NCBI GenBank assembly: GCA_010093605.1
Contig: MU004187.1
Coordinates: 744,001-808,000, forward strand
Direction of reading: 5' to 3'
Length of the DNA stretch: 64,000 nt
DNA from: Lophium mytilinum
Taxonomy: Eukaryota
Shown here: positions 12,196 through 25,690 of the stretch, one piece after another
Layout of the letters: each line of letters starts with the position of its first letter
How positions within the stretch are numbered: the stretch's first letter is position 1
Position numbers and translations under genes: made by a program
Notes under the pieces: model-generated
What the model was told of the DNA's origin: nothing
Database searches by the model: none
Seen by the model: the letters and a program-made list of their open reading frames with translations, nothing else

Positions 12196-14605
12196 TCACT
12201 CTCCACTCCAGTCTCCAGATTGAGCTGGCAATCGTTCCCCAGCATGCCGTTTGGATGGCCGCTGGCCTTCTAATTCCGTTCGTCGTTTCGGCCGATTTCC
12301 ACCCCCATCGTCGTCGTCGTTGCCGCTGTCGTCGCCGCTGCTGTCGTCGCCGCTACTGTCGTCGCCACTGTTGTCGCCGCTGCTTGGTTTGCGAGGAAGA
12401 GGCGGCCGGCCTATAGGAAATTGATCGAAATCCTGTAAAATCTTAAGGTTGGGTGGCAAGCGTTCGTGGCCGTCTGTCTGTTCCCAATTCTCCCAGTGCA
12501 GGCCATAGCGCAGAAAACAGAGTTCAAGTCCCTTCTTGGTGTCTTGTTTGAGAAGATGAAGACGCGGCCTCTTCATACTATCATCGACGGTCGCCTTACT
12601 CTGGTGCCAATTCAAGCATTTCTGGACGAGTTTCTCGAGCCTGCTGCTGTACATTTCTTTATATCGTGGGCGTTTGCGTGGCCGTCGATCTTCTAGCTTT
12701 AAGGCTTGCATGTCATACAAACCTCGTTCCCCCACAACCGAATTTTCATCATGTCCATCCAGAACTCGTTCGTTCTCGGTATCGCAATGCATGAGAGCCC
12801 AAACGATTTGGCCAATGACCCACACGTCGGACTCCTCGTTTGGGATGACTGTTCTGTGCGCTTTAGCTTCTTTAAGATCCTTATATACGAGAGGCGTTCT
12901 TTCCTAGACCTGGTCAGTAAAAGGCTTTCATCGTGGAGCTTCTGTAACACACTGGAGCTTTCCATCCCTTGGTTCCACAAAATCTCCTGTTCTGTGCAGT
13001 TGTTGTATCCTCTGGATCCCAATTATCCGGATTGTCTTCCTGACCTAGCGGCACCTCGTACGCGAAGTCGAAGTCCGCGATCTGAGCGACTTGATAGGCC
13101 CTAAAGTCAGAGAACGGGTCTCCGAGGAAGACATTGTCTGGCTTGAGGTCCAAATGAAGAATATGCTCCCAGCCGTCGTCGCCGCCTTGAAAGAGCTCGG
13201 ATGGTTTGGGCCTCCTTCCCTCCGGAATATCGTTCTTTGCTAAGGTTTCGTAGTTCTCCAGGTCCCTGAAACAGGCCCCGTAATTCATCGTCCACAGACC
13301 GTCAACCATAGAGTCGAATGCGTGCCAGATGAACGGCTCCGGGATCGGCCTGTGCTAGCTGTCAGTTCACTGTCGAGGCGGGATGGGAATATATTGCGGA
13401 GAACTTGCTTTTTCGCGTCCATATGCCGAAAGATAAGCTCACGCAGATCTCCCCCAGGAGCAAATTTCAGGTAAGTAACTACTTTCCACGGGTTATCCTC
13501 CGTGGTTTCGGCTGGGACTCTACCCTCGGGCTCCTCGTCCAGCGGAGCTCTACCCTCAGGCTCCTCGTCCGACGGAGCTCTACCCTCAGTATTGCGGTAC
13601 CGAGTGGAGCGGGCGCGAAAGGGAATTATGCTTTCATCAGGCTCCTCGTCCAGCGGAGCTCCACCCTCGGGCTCCTCGTCCATCGGAGCATGGATTGCGT
13701 AGCCCCAGAAAGGTACAATGCTCTTGCAACCTGTCTCTGTCAATTTGGTATGTATGCGTATTTCTTTCTGATAGACTGATTTCCAATACTCCTCGTTCCA
13801 TAGGCCCATTCTCACAATCACTCGCTACAGCAGTCAGTTCCCACTCATGATAGTACCCGCCAAAACGTTATGCAAAAGGACGTACCTGCTGTGTGTTGCC
13901 ATGCTCGTCTGTTTGAGCATATAGATGTACTTCTGTTTTTTTATTCTTGAATACATCCTTCACCTTTTTCCACGAACGTTCTACGCCCAGCTGCAGATTA
14001 TGAAAGTCGTCTATATCCTCCCCAGGTATGGTGACTGTTTTTGCAGTCCTCATGATCTCTTCTACAGGTATATCCTCCTTAGAAATTCTCGGAAAACGCG
14101 TTGCCCTTGGTGATTCCACCGGAACGAAAGATGAATCAGAAGATGACTGTTGAGGCGGAGGCAGCGGAGCTGCTGGTGCTGCTGGTGCTGCTGGAGCTGC
14201 TGGTGGCGCTGGAGCTGCTGGAGCTGCTGGTGCTGTTGGTGCTGCTGGTGCTGCTGGTGCTGCCCAACTCCTATATATGTCTTGTTCCGTACCAAGAGCA
14301 AGCAGTTTGTTCCATTTATTGACCAGAAGCCTCCAATTTCCGCCTTCAAAGGATCTCCTCATCAGCGTTGTCAGTTAGAGCGGCGCGATCGCTGGGTACA
14401 TACCTTTGTAATAGGTGGCATTGGGGGCATTGCGTTTGAACCAAGCAACGTACCACAAAAACGCTGGTTGATCGGCAGTTGCAATGCGATTGTAATAGGG
14501 CACGGCTTTGGCATTAACTGAACCGACAGTTGGCGCGGTTTCTGGGGTCAGTGTGGCTGGTGGTGCTGTCGGGGGTGCTGGGGCGGTCGCTGGGGCGGTC
14601 GCCAT
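12196..14605 (-). CDS. Atypical Ser/Thr kinase-like protein (paralog K1; possible pseudokinase) with an N-terminal HMG-box-like module, ~5 exons
   Basis: FAPGGDL, PIPEPFIWH, HLDLKPDNVFL, ADFDFA, GTKGWKAP, SDVWVIG, YSSRLEKLVQKCL. Introns at 14403-14344, approx. 13886-13828, 13408-13350 (GC-AG) and approx. 12955-12905. Low-complexity APAAP, EEPEGRAP and SSGDD repeats. Confidence 0.8.
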
Positions 14606-15021
14606 GGTGATGTCGAGTGGAAATTGTTGGATTGTTGCAGATGCGCAAATCAGACATGGAGGGCATGTATCTAGCCGAAGGACAAAGAGGGGGTACTTGG
14701 TTTCGAGTATCTTTGTTCGTCGTGTTGCTCGTCCGCAAACGGAATTGGGATGTTGTTGGCCTTTGTCCCTTGTGGTAACGATGGTTCAGTCCAAGTGTAA
14801 AAGACTATGATTTATCTCATCAATGGACAGATATGATCAGTCGCCACATGATTACCTGATGAGAGAACCGCACTCGATTAAAATTATCAAGGGTCTAGAC
14901 GAAAACAATGCTTCAAGATGTAGATGTCGCCAAATGCTGTACCCAATGGGTTCAAGATCGTGAGACCCAGTCAGTAATACCTAGAAGGATATCATGAAGA
15001 TGCTACAAGTACCGGCCCCTA

Positions 15022-17135
15022 CTATCCCCAGCTCTCATACATTGTTTTCTGGGCCGGAGACAAGGCGTCCCACTTCTTCTTAAGATGCCTGTAGTTTTTC
15101 CCTTCACCGCGTCCATCAGTCAGCCTATCTTACAATGAAGTGAGTGCTCTCAATACGATGTACTTACCTACGTACCAAGTTGGCCTCCGGTTATCCGCAA
15201 TTCTGCCAGCTCTATACCCCCCCAACCACCACAAGAATCCCGTTCTTTCGGCGGCGGGAACTCCATCGCGTTTTCTAGAGTAGAACGTCCGTTCGTCTCT
15301 GTTAGTCGGCGGCGCAGCTTTTGGCCAACTAGCTGGCGGTCCTGGTGGAGGCGCTGGCGGAGGTGCCAGTGGGGCCGGTGCTGGTGCTGGGGGAGCTGCT
15401 GGAGCAGCTGCTATGGAGACTGTTTTAGGCTCTTCTGCGGGCACCCCAACGTGCTCTCCCACGACGTCTGCGGAACCGACACCGCCTGTCAGCCTCCTCC
15501 TCTTCCTCGGCGGCCCCTGTACACCCACCCCAAAAGCATCATCTCGAAACCTCACCTTCAGATGCTGCATCAATAGCTCCGGATCCGCAACCCCAGGATC
15601 CCCGAAGATCCCCTTCGCCCTAATCAGCTCCACCCGCACCTCTCTCCTCAACCTACTGATATCCGGCCGGTTCTCTTGCCGTGCTTCAACACACATCCTT
15701 ACCTGCCGCTCCAAAGTCGTCGAATACATTTCGCGATGATTCTGTAGATGGTCGTCCACTATCTCTTTTGCGTACGGACTCTCAAGCTCGGGCGTAGCAA
15801 AGTCCAAGTGTTCCTCTCGAATGGCTTGAAGGTGTTCGGCAGGATAGGAGCTACTTCGCATCAGCTGCCACATGACGAGTCCGAGGGCCCAGATGTCGGT
15901 TTTGTCCCTGATCGCGACGGCATCCTGCTCGATTGTTGGCTTCTCCAGTAACTCCTCTTGGGAAATCTGTAGTTCCTTTGTTGCCATTAGCATTCGTATA
16001 GTAATCGTTAACTGTAGGGAAGGCCGTCTCACAGGAGCCATCCACCCCCGCGTTCCCGCTCCTCCTTTGAATTCCTCGTCGTCCGTCGATTCGACCGCAA
16101 GGCCGAAGTCGCCTAACATTGGGGTGAGGTAGCCCATGTAAGGCGGTTTCACGTCACCAAGGAAGATATTCCCAGGTTTGATGTCACGGTGGACAATACT
16201 GTCCCAGCCCGGCTCAGGCTCTTGTGGTATGAATGCCCCATTCGCGTCAAATTGTGCCGAATGGCCGTTTTGGAGTACATAAAGGGCTTCGGCGAGCGCG
16301 TCGAATATGATCCACAAGTACATCTCTGGTATCTGTCTGTAGACTAAGTAAGCACTACCGCATAATGAAGCAAGCTTGAAGCGACATACTTGCTGTTACT
16401 CCTAGCCCTCTTTTCAATCTGCCATAGATCTCCACCAGGAGCGTAGTCCATGTATAGAAGGAACGTATTTTGGTGTACCTTATCCCCCGAACTCCGCAAG
16501 CCGATAATGTGTGCACAGCCTAGGTCTGACAGCTTTTTATGCAATCTTGCCTCATCTTGCAAATGTTCTCTTGTATCAGTGGAACCTTCACTATCGGAAT
16601 ACACCACTCTTTTGATCGCCGCCCGCTATCACCCCACGCCGTCAGAGAAAGCACACCTTAGGGGCCCCTAAGAGGGTGTGAACTCACGTCAATGATGTTG
16701 TAGTCGGTGTCGACGTTGATATAGAGATATACTGTCCGATCAGGAGGCCACTTGTACTCCCATTTCTCGGCATAATGCGCGAAGCTGGGGTCCAGTACGC
16801 GAGCATACACCCACTCCCCGGAGGCCAAGAACTCGTTGATATATCGTTGTTCGCTCGCGGTCGGAGAAGGTGGCTCGACTTCCTGGTTCGCGATCAAGTC
16901 GATTTTTCCCTGCTCGTCAAGGTCGATCCATTTTTCGAGTGCACGTATCCGCCCTCGGGGTGCTGCGATCGCGTTAAGATCAGTCATCAACGGAGTGGGA
17001 GCTTCAAGACTTACTTCTCCAAAACGGGAATCTCCGGATCCGTCCAAAGTGTTCGTCGAACTTTATCCTGTCGCTCAAATCTAGCTCGCCTAGCAGAAAT
17101 TCCGTTCGATCCGCGTCCGCCTGCGTTATTGCCAT
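15022..17135 (-). CDS. Atypical Ser/Thr protein kinase (paralog K2) with N- and C-terminal HMG-box-like modules, ~6 exons
   Basis: ATG at 17135 in ccaccATG context (MAITQADADRTEF). Motifs AAIK, YMDYAPGGDL, IPEMYLW, HRDIKPGNIFL, GDFG, GTRGWMAP, KTDIWALG, RP. Last intron 15167-15102; last exon KNYRHLKKKWDALSPAQKTMYESWG*. Confidence 0.85.
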
Positions 17136-17639
17136 GGTGGAATCCGAATTTTGGAGTCGCAGGCCACGACAGACTGCTCGTCCAATCGAATGCTAGAAAG
17201 CCTAGTTGGAGAGAATAGGGAAGTGTATTGACATTGACGTGGTACCAAAGACCGCACAAAAAGATCTAGAACATAGAAGGATCGGAACTCCGACAAACAC
17301 CTCCCAAATCACCTTCTCTTTGTCTTCCGCAAACGGCTGAGCATCCTGCAAATTACCAGCCCGATACGCTTGACCGCATGTGTCTTCGCGACTCTATTTC
17401 CATATTTTCAAGCTTTGAGCTTGGCGTTCTCTTGCTAAAAGCCTCAATACTTTCATGCTTTGAACGTTGAGAATTCTTGTCAAACCCCCGAATTTTCATA
17501 CTTTGAACTTTGTGAATTCAAACCAACAGCGTCCATACCTCCATGCTTTCAGCTTCGCATCTACACACCGAAACGACCTGTGAGCCTAAGCCGAGATACT
17601 GTCTCCTACCCGAACTGCCTCTTTCTCCTACTCTTTTCA

Positions 17640-18047
17640 ATGGCCTTCGCTTCCCCAAAACCCGAACGCCCTCCTACTCTCTCTCTTGCCTATAATATCT
17701 ACCTTCACCTCGAATGCACAGCCTCCCCGTTGGCCTTTGCTTCCTCAATCTCCAAATCCTAGCATTAGCAGAACCTAGAGCCCTATAGCATCTAGCTTCT
17801 CGCTACTATTCTTCCTCCTCTTCTGCCCTCTCTCTCGCCTTTAGTAGCTACCTTTCCCGGACAATGCATACCCTTCCCACTGCCTTTTGCTTCCTGAAAC
17901 TTCGAATGCTGGCAGCAGTAGAACTAAGAGTCTCTTGGATTTCAGACACTCTCTGCTATTCCTCCTCCCTTCCGGCATTCTTCTGTTCCTCATAGAATCG
18001 TAATTAGGCAGCACCTGAGCGCCTCTTCCACTGCCTACTCCTCTCAT
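17640..18047 (-). pseudogene. Decayed E/R-rich reading frame with an internal duplication
   Basis: One frame reads ...EEE*QRVSEIQETLSSTAASIRSFRKQKAVGRVC...EEEEE**REARCYRALGSANARIWRLRKQRPTGRLC... with TAG stops; two related segments are present. Confidence 0.3.
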
Positions 18048-18165
18048 CAGCCCATCACACCACTTACCCTACAAATTATAAGTCATCAAACCGCCCAACT
18101 CACAAAAATCACTCACAATCTCCACTTATGAAAAGAACCCAACAAACGCATCAAATTAAAACCAA

Positions 18166-20386
18166 CTACTTCTCCCCCTCCCCCCCTCTCCCCGCAGCAG
18201 CGGCCACCCTCTTCGCCTCCGCCTCCCTCGCCTTCTTAATCTCCTTCCTCTCCTTCTTCCCCACCTTGACCCCCTTAACCTTCAACCCCCTCTCCCTCCT
18301 CAACTTCCTTAGCGCCTCCTCCGTCAACCCCTGCCGAAACATCTGCTCCACCACCATCTTCTTCCTGCTCCTCCGATCGCCCACGGTAATCGTAATCCCC
18401 GCACTAATATTACAGCAAATCGAGCACGTCAAAATCACCGCCGTGAGCGCCTTCGGCCGATCTTTATAGTAAATCCCCCACGTCGTCCCGCCCAGCGCCA
18501 TCTGGAAGCACGAATGGCAATCCAGCAACACAACGATGGTGATCAGCAGTCTCAGCGAGAACGCGCGATGCGTGAACGTCTCGTGGGGTTTGTAGAAGGT
18601 GTGCGATTTCGCGAATTTCGCTTGGTGGTATTCGAGTTTGCGTTGCTGTTCTTCGGTCAGCACGATGCCCTCCGGGTCTTCGTCGGATTTGTCGATGACG
18701 GATTGGTTTTCGATGTCGCGGTTGCTGTCGGGCAGCGTGGGGAGCTCGTTGTGGTCGCGCAGGTCGGGGAGGGCGCGCTGTTTGCGCAGTTTCCAGGTCA
18801 GGTGGGCGTAGTGCGCGATGAAGATCATGTGGTAGGTGTCGACGGCGCGGAAGGGCGCGAAGCCGATGCCGACGACGCAGAAGAGGGCTGTGAGGATTTG
18901 GTCGCAGATTTCGATGAAGTAGGCTTGGCGGTCGCCGACGGAGATCCAGCCTAGAGGTGGTGTTAGAGCTAATGGATTTGTAGGCGGCGGGGGTTGATGG
19001 GCTAACCGATGATGAAGAGGACCCAGGCGGCGCCCCAGAATGTGAGTAGGAATGCGTAGAGCGTGACAAGGAATCCAACAGCTGGGGTAGAGTTAGCTAT
19101 GCTACGTCGTATTTTGAGTAGTCGCAGGGGCACTCACGCTTTCGAACGTATTTTCCAAATCCCCGCATCCCTCGCTTGAACGCGGCTCGTCGCGAGTGTA
19201 AAAGATGCCTGACGTGGTCGTTCAATTCGGCTTTGTCCTCCGCACTCCATCCCTCTAGCGAAGCGCCATGGGGCAGAACAGCGTAGTTGTGCCCCTCTTC
19301 CAGGCTAGTCAACACAGAAGATATGGTCGCCGTGCTTTCATATCGATTTAGAGGCGGCCGTTGACTCTTCTCCTCGTCGAAGCCCTGCTCCTGTGCCGCG
19401 ACTCCTTCGAGCCCTTGTAGGAAGTTGTGCGGTGGCTCTCCATGCGCAACGCCAATGTCTTCGTCCGTGGAAGAGTCAGAGTCGGTGGAATGTCGTGAGA
19501 GGTCGTACGTAGGTTGTCTGCGGTAGAAACTACCGAGGTTGGGGATAAACAGGGAGTTTTGAACGTTGTTTAGGGTCGTGAGGGTGGCCACTTCGGGATC
19601 TGACAGATGAGTTTAATTAGCTTTGAGCACTGTATAGAGGCGATCAAATGTCTTACCAATAACATCGAGCATGTCAATGATATTTGAATCATATTCATGA
19701 CCATCCTGCCCAGACGCTGCAAGTATATTGGTGCCGGAAGGTAGCCTATGCAGCATATTTCTTGCCGAAGTACTCGCTCTTCGGCGCGAACCCGACGGAG
19801 CGATGGGAGGCACCGAGAGAGTGTTGTAGGGACTTGGATGTGGGGACGCATCTTCTTGGACGGGCGAGAGGTAGTTTGATTGTGCTGTCATCTGCCTCCG
19901 AATGGCAAGGTCGTCGGTCAGGGCAGACAGTTGCGGCCGTTGAGGCTCAGAGCTGCTACGCCGCCGGTTCGAGGGCCCATCGTTCGTTTCGACTGGTGGA
20001 GGTTGAGGCACATTTGAGGTCGATCGGATTGATTGCTGGTATAGAGAGTTCGAAGAGGGAAGTCTGCGCAGACGGATTCCCGAACCCGCCCGCGAAGCCG
20101 TCGGGCGTTGTGGAGTTGAGGACAAGGATGGCAGCGGTGGCGCGGGTCTCCTGGGCACGATGGAGGTGAATGTGGGTCCTGTCGTGGTGGTGGTGGTGCT
20201 CAGCCCGTTGCTGGAAGTAGTTGTGCTTCTAGGCCCCGAGGTCGTCGTGACTGTGTTCGAGGATCGCGGTCCGGAGGTGGTAGTTGTCGTGGTTGTCGTC
20301 GTGGAAGAGGGCGGATGGACAGAAATTGAGGGTGCATGGTCGCGTCGCGAAGGCTCGCCTTGGCTGCTAGGGCGGCGGTCTGCCAT
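18166..20386 (-). CDS. Conserved fungal integral membrane protein (DUF2985-like), ~4 exons
   Basis: ATG at 20386 (MADRRPSS); S/T/P-rich N-terminus; LDVI|DPEVATLTTLNNVQNSLFIPNLG; hydrophobic segments FLVTLYAFLLTFWGAAWVLF, EICDQILTALFCVVGIGFAPFR, LDCHSCFQ and SICCNISAG. Confidence 0.8.
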
Positions 20387-21465
20387 CTGGGAAAGGGGCC
20401 TTCCAAAGGGCAATGGTTGAGGATGGCGATGTTATCGAGCGGGTATCTAATCCATCTTCTTAGACGCAAAAGCTTGGTGAAACGGTGGAACGCCTGGACT
20501 TGCTTACCCACAGCCACTAAGGCCGACACATCCGCACGTCCCCGTCTTTGTGATATGACGTACTAGCCGATGATTCGACACGTTCAAGCTCGCATATGCA
20601 CAATTGCCCAGGGTAGATTTTGAATAAGCAGAGGTTCGAGGGAGAGACAGTTGACAGTCGGGCACGTAGGTAGAGCAGTGGTCTTGGAACAATGGAAAGA
20701 CAGTGACACCACGGCGGCATCGCTTCAAAGCAAATCGGATTTCTGCCTCTTCCGGACGTGGAAGGCGCCAGAGGCTGTCATAAATCGAGAGACCGCGAAT
20801 TGGCGCTTCCGGCTTCCCGTCCGGTGGATGCATGCGACTGGCCAGGGTCCAGCTTTGTTTCTTTCTCCAACATTCACTAAAGCAGTGGAAATCTCTTCGC
20901 CATATAGGAAATGCTCTATCGAATTTGTCGATCTGAATCTTGTTACTTTCAAAGGCCCGACTTAAGTGTGAATTTTGTGGAAAGGTCAATGCATTAGAGG
21001 GCTTTTGGGTGGGCAACGATGGTCAGGGCGCCCCATCTCTCAGTCAGCTTTTTCTCTTAGATCGCCGCTGCTGAGTGGGGAAAATCGCATCGATGACTGA
21101 TCCAGCTGACCAGTATTGTTCTCCAAGAACGGATCGTGATCCATTTATACTATACAAAAGTCGACGAATGCCGTTAATGAGTCTCTCTGTAGCGCCGTCC
21201 CCCTCTCAACGCTAGAAGACTGAATCAAAACTCTATCCAACACCCCAGTGAGCGTGTCCCAAAACGCCGTCGCTCTGCCGGGGAATCAGTATTCACAAGG
21301 TAGCGACAGGCCTAAGCCAAGCGCCCTTTCCAAATCAGCAAAGCCTTGTACCAACTATCCCAATTTTGACGTCGTTTGTCCAAGCACATATCCTTGAGGA
21401 TGTTGACATTCTATTTGAAGAAAACGTTAGCCAGATAAGCAAGTGACGAGTATGAGAGCAAGTGA

Positions 21466-23958
21466 TCATAGTGTCGGTGCCCTCTTCAAACCCACGCAAT
21501 ATCGGACATACAGTGCATCTTTGAAATGCTCGTGTCTGATTCCTGGCGGCCGTGCTGTCTCGAATTCTTGGATGGCAGCAGGCAGACTGTAGCCTAAGCG
21601 CTCGACGAGGTAGCACACGAGGAAGAAGCCGGTGCGATTAAAGCCGTAGTGGCAGTGCACTCCTATCAGGCCTTGCCGTCCCGAGGCAAAGACTGAATCT
21701 CTTGGAGGAGATGCAGAAAGCGACGCGGCCTTTGCGTCGATAAGTGGTGCTGTTGAAGTAGCTCGAGAAGTACTAGAGACTGCGGCTGTAGAGAGAGGAG
21801 TGGATGAAGATGCAGCCTGTGCTTCAGCAACCGCAGATTCTACGCCGGCAGTCGCAGGCTCAGAGCGAAGCTGGTCAATGAGTGCAATGAAAGCATTGAC
21901 TTCGTCCACGGTGGGTGGAAGTTTGGACACAGTGGGGAATTTGCGGTACATAATCCCCCCAGCCTCGAGACCTGCCGGATCATATACCGGGCTCTCATGG
22001 CTAATGTCTACAACCACCCCAATCTTTGATTTCCATTCATCAACAAACACCTTTGGGCAATGCTGGTCGTCGACTTCACGCAGGGTCTTCATGGCGCGGA
22101 AAACGCCGCCAATTGGATCCGAGACTGGCTTCACTGCCTGCCATTTAGCTAGATTCTTGACATCCCACTTGCCTTCGGTCGTCAAATACTGCAGTTGCCA
22201 TCCGAGCGACAGACGGGCATCGACGTGGGTTGATAAGAAGGTCCCAATGAGGCCAGCAAGAGTACGTGAAGTAGTGGGCGCATACAAGAGGGCATGTGAT
22301 GCAGGGTGGGGAAGAATGGTCGTCTTGAGCACAAGCTTACGAGGAAGAGGCTCCGGGATATGGGCCTTCGACGTTGGATTGATCGTATTGGACCAATCAG
22401 AGTTCGTGTCAGAGTCTCCATTGGACGATAATGTCAAAGACGTCGTCAAGTCGGGTAAATCTGCAGAGTCCACACCAGAGTCTTGTTTGGCCTCGCGTTG
22501 GGGCGGAGCTTTGGCCGCGAAGTCGATGGGCGCAGCGGAATCTGGCACTACTTGAGCTTTAGATTTAGTAGATGGACTACCATCAGAGCCGTCTTTGCCA
22601 AGAAAAGAGACGATATCCTTCAATTCACTGGCAGGAGTGACATGATCGGCTTCACCGGCTGCTAGAAAGACGGGTATCTCAAGCCCGGACCAGGTTTCCT
22701 TTCCGGGTAAGCCTCCTTTCGCGGTTCCAGAAGAGTAATCCGGAAGCATGCCTCGTGCCATGCGTCTCCATACCGGGGTCTTGCTTTGCATATTGAAGCG
22801 CACTTGTAGCTTTTTTGCCTCCTCTTCTGCACCTGGACCGACGAATCTAGCAACGCTTTTGCTCTCGGTGCCACCTCGGCGATCCCACCATCGCATAGCA
22901 TCAAAAATAGGGTTGGGAATAGCAAGGAGCATTTTGAAATTTTTGGCTTGGTCCTGCGTTGGAGGGGTAGCTTTCGGGCACACTGCTACGAGCCCCACTA
23001 CGTGTCGCGATATCGCATCAGCATATGGCGACGATGACGAAGCTAAAAGCGCGGCTAAAGAGCAACCCATGCTGTGGCCGATAAGAACAACGCCTTGGTC
23101 GTTTTCTTTGTCGCGATACGACTCAATGACCACAGCGAGAAGGCGGACCAGAGCATCGGTTGTGTATGCATCCCAGGCAGTCGGGGCGAATTGGGATACG
23201 CCACAGCCGGGGAGGTCAATGCTCAGACATGGAGCAAGGTTGATGAAGCTCACGAGCAGCGGATGGAATTGGGCCACGGATCCGCCAAGACCATGGATGA
23301 AAACCAACAGTGGCACTGGTCGCGGCGTCTGAGGAAGCTTGTCCCCTTGGGAGTGGGGCCGGTAAAAAGTGCGGATTGCCGGATAGGTTAGATTGGTGAT
23401 TGGCACAGTGTACGACCTTATGGTGGAGTGTTTCTTGAGCAGGCCGGGATCGGTACTGACGGCACCTGTCATGTGTCAGCAGCAGACCCACAGGCGCAAC
23501 GATGCAGCGTAAGGACGAGGGGAAGCGGGAAGTTATGCAAGATGCAGGCGGGAGGGGTGCAGCGCTGAGGTCGTGATAAGGTCACATATCGTGGCAGGGT
23601 GCATGTCGATCCTAAGGAAAAGAGGCCTACCAGTTCCACTAGAGTCGGGAGAGTCGCTGATGGAGCCGCTGGAGGCCGGTCGCTTCTGGCGATGCCATAG
23701 CCAGAGGGCGGGAAGGAAGCCACAGACTGCCGCAACTTTGACCATGCCCACGAACGTCACTGGACAGAGAGAAGTCGGAATTGAAAAGGAGAGAGAATGA
23801 AAAGCTGAGGATATTGACTTTCTTATAGCCGCGAGAGATGCCGCGAGAGAGGGATCGGTGAGGGCTGGGGAGGCCTCTGCTCGGCCGGATGCCAGCAACA
23901 GGAGGAGCAGGGCGTGCGGCAGTCTCAGCAGCGCATGGCCGTGCGAATGGTCGTCCAT
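21466..23958 (-). CDS. Alpha/beta-hydrolase fused to a C-terminal Cys-dependent (dual-specificity / RNA 5'-triphosphatase-like) phosphatase, 2 exons (intron 23630-23466)
   Basis: FIHGLGG, DLPGCG, GHSMG nucleophile elbow, GEADHVTP; C-terminal VHCHYGFNRTGF (CX5R) and ARPPGIRH. The phase-1 intron joins ORF 23533..23958 to ORF 21466..23472. Confidence 0.88.
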
Positions 23959-25690
23959 TGCGCGGGCCGTGGGAGGAGCTGCAATATATGATTTGGACGG
24001 GCAGAGAGGCTGGACAGGCTGTGGTGAGCGAGGAACACAGGCTGGCGGGTTGGGCCAATGGCTATCAGGCGTCGTGAATCGTGCCCTCGGGTTTGGTTTT
24101 GGGTCGTTGGTGCCTGACTGCTCGGGGCGATCCGCAGTGGCAGCCCTGGCTCCCGCGGAGAGAGACGATTCAGCGGGACGTAGACAGTGCTTGGGGGCTG
24201 GTGTAGATGCGCCGCAGCCTCATTCTGGTGTCAACGGCTACTGGCGGCGGCCGTGGTGGGAGACGGTGTTTAGGTTGCTGGCGTGGAGGAACGAGGGCGT
24301 GGGGTCGTCTGCAGGCTTCATGCGTGGCGAGGCGGGGCGACATGCATGAATTGGGGGTTTCATGGGGGGCACCCTACGTCGAGGGACATCAATGTCGCGA
24401 TGTTCGATGGCGTTGATGACATCAAGGCCGGCGGCTGTCGTGAGTGCTGCGCTGTGCTCCATGGTGTAGTGTCGCTGGACACGGCATAATATGATAGGCG
24501 CACTCCTAGGGATACCAGGAAGAATAGGGCACAAAACAGCTAGAGCTCCCGGAGTCCCAGGCGCGGGTGCAGCCGATCGCATCAGGCAGTGATGCGTGGA
24601 GGCGATATGTAGGTGGACCTCGTAGGTGGGTAGGTGGGTATGTCTTCGCGCATCCTATGGTTAGCGTGGGTGGCTGCAAGAGTGAATTGCGGCACTGCAG
24701 GTTGATGAGAAACGGTTGATTGGTTGCAGCAGCCTCTGTTACGCAGCATTTACGAGACACCCTAACCACAGCTGTGTAAAGGTGCTGTGGGTAGGTAGGT
24801 GGTAGGGGGCACGTAGAAGAAACGTTCTTTCAGCCCTGTGACCTCGTGCATTTCCACTCGCATCATCTTCGCTCTCCCTCCCCCTCCCCCTCTAGCTCCC
24901 CGACTACAGCGCGGCCCTTACTCGGCGTTCTCACCGGATCCGTGGCACCAGCTGCCGGCAGAGATGTGCATACGCTTCATGCCACTCGGCGTGCCTCTTT
25001 TGCGCCCGTTTGTGCGACTATCGTGTGCCCGGGACCTGCACCGGTAGCTTGTATTGGTACTATTGGTACTTAGACGCTCCCTAGCTCTCTGCGCTGCTCT
25101 ATTCGCCCTCGTCTCTTCTATCGTCCACTTCTAACCATTACCGGCGGGGAGAGGCTAGCATGCCGTCGCCGCCGTTAGGCCAGGGCCCCGAGGCAAACCA
25201 CAGCTGCTATCCACACGCGTCCGAAGGGTGGGGCAAAACAGCACATCTGGCCCACGATGGTGGCAGAGGGACGCCTCCGTGGAACCCTGTCCCCGAGTCC
25301 AGTAACCCGGTGCGAGAACCCATATCACCCTGACGGCTGCACCTGCGAGCACTCGACTCATAACCCCTCGAGCTCCCAGATAGCCCGAGATCTACTTGAC
25401 GCCGGCGCTTGAGAGCTGATTGAATACTGATCGTAAAGCCCTGCCTTCTTTCACTTCTCCTCCTACCTCGTCTTCTGCAACTGCCGGACTGCCTCAACTT
25501 TGTTCACTGTCCTTCTACATTCCAGATTAGGCTCTGCTCACCTTCTTACAAGTCAATTGACCTTCCTCTCTTGCTGCTCACGTCTTCTACTCTGTTCTAC
25601 CACTCCTCAGGCCACGCTATACCCTACACTCAACTATCCACATTTCCCAGTTCTTGTTTCTTTGCACAAGTCCTCACGCCATCAGCAACC

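Noticed and set aside
14062..14521. Gln/His-rich, Leu-rich and Cys/Trp-rich ORFs
   Set aside because: Alternate readings of the (GCACCAGCA)n repeat that encodes the APAAP linker of kinase K1.
21800..23391. Long plus-strand ORFs of 251 aa and 194 aa
   Set aside because: Antisense to the hydrolase-phosphatase CDS; no motifs.
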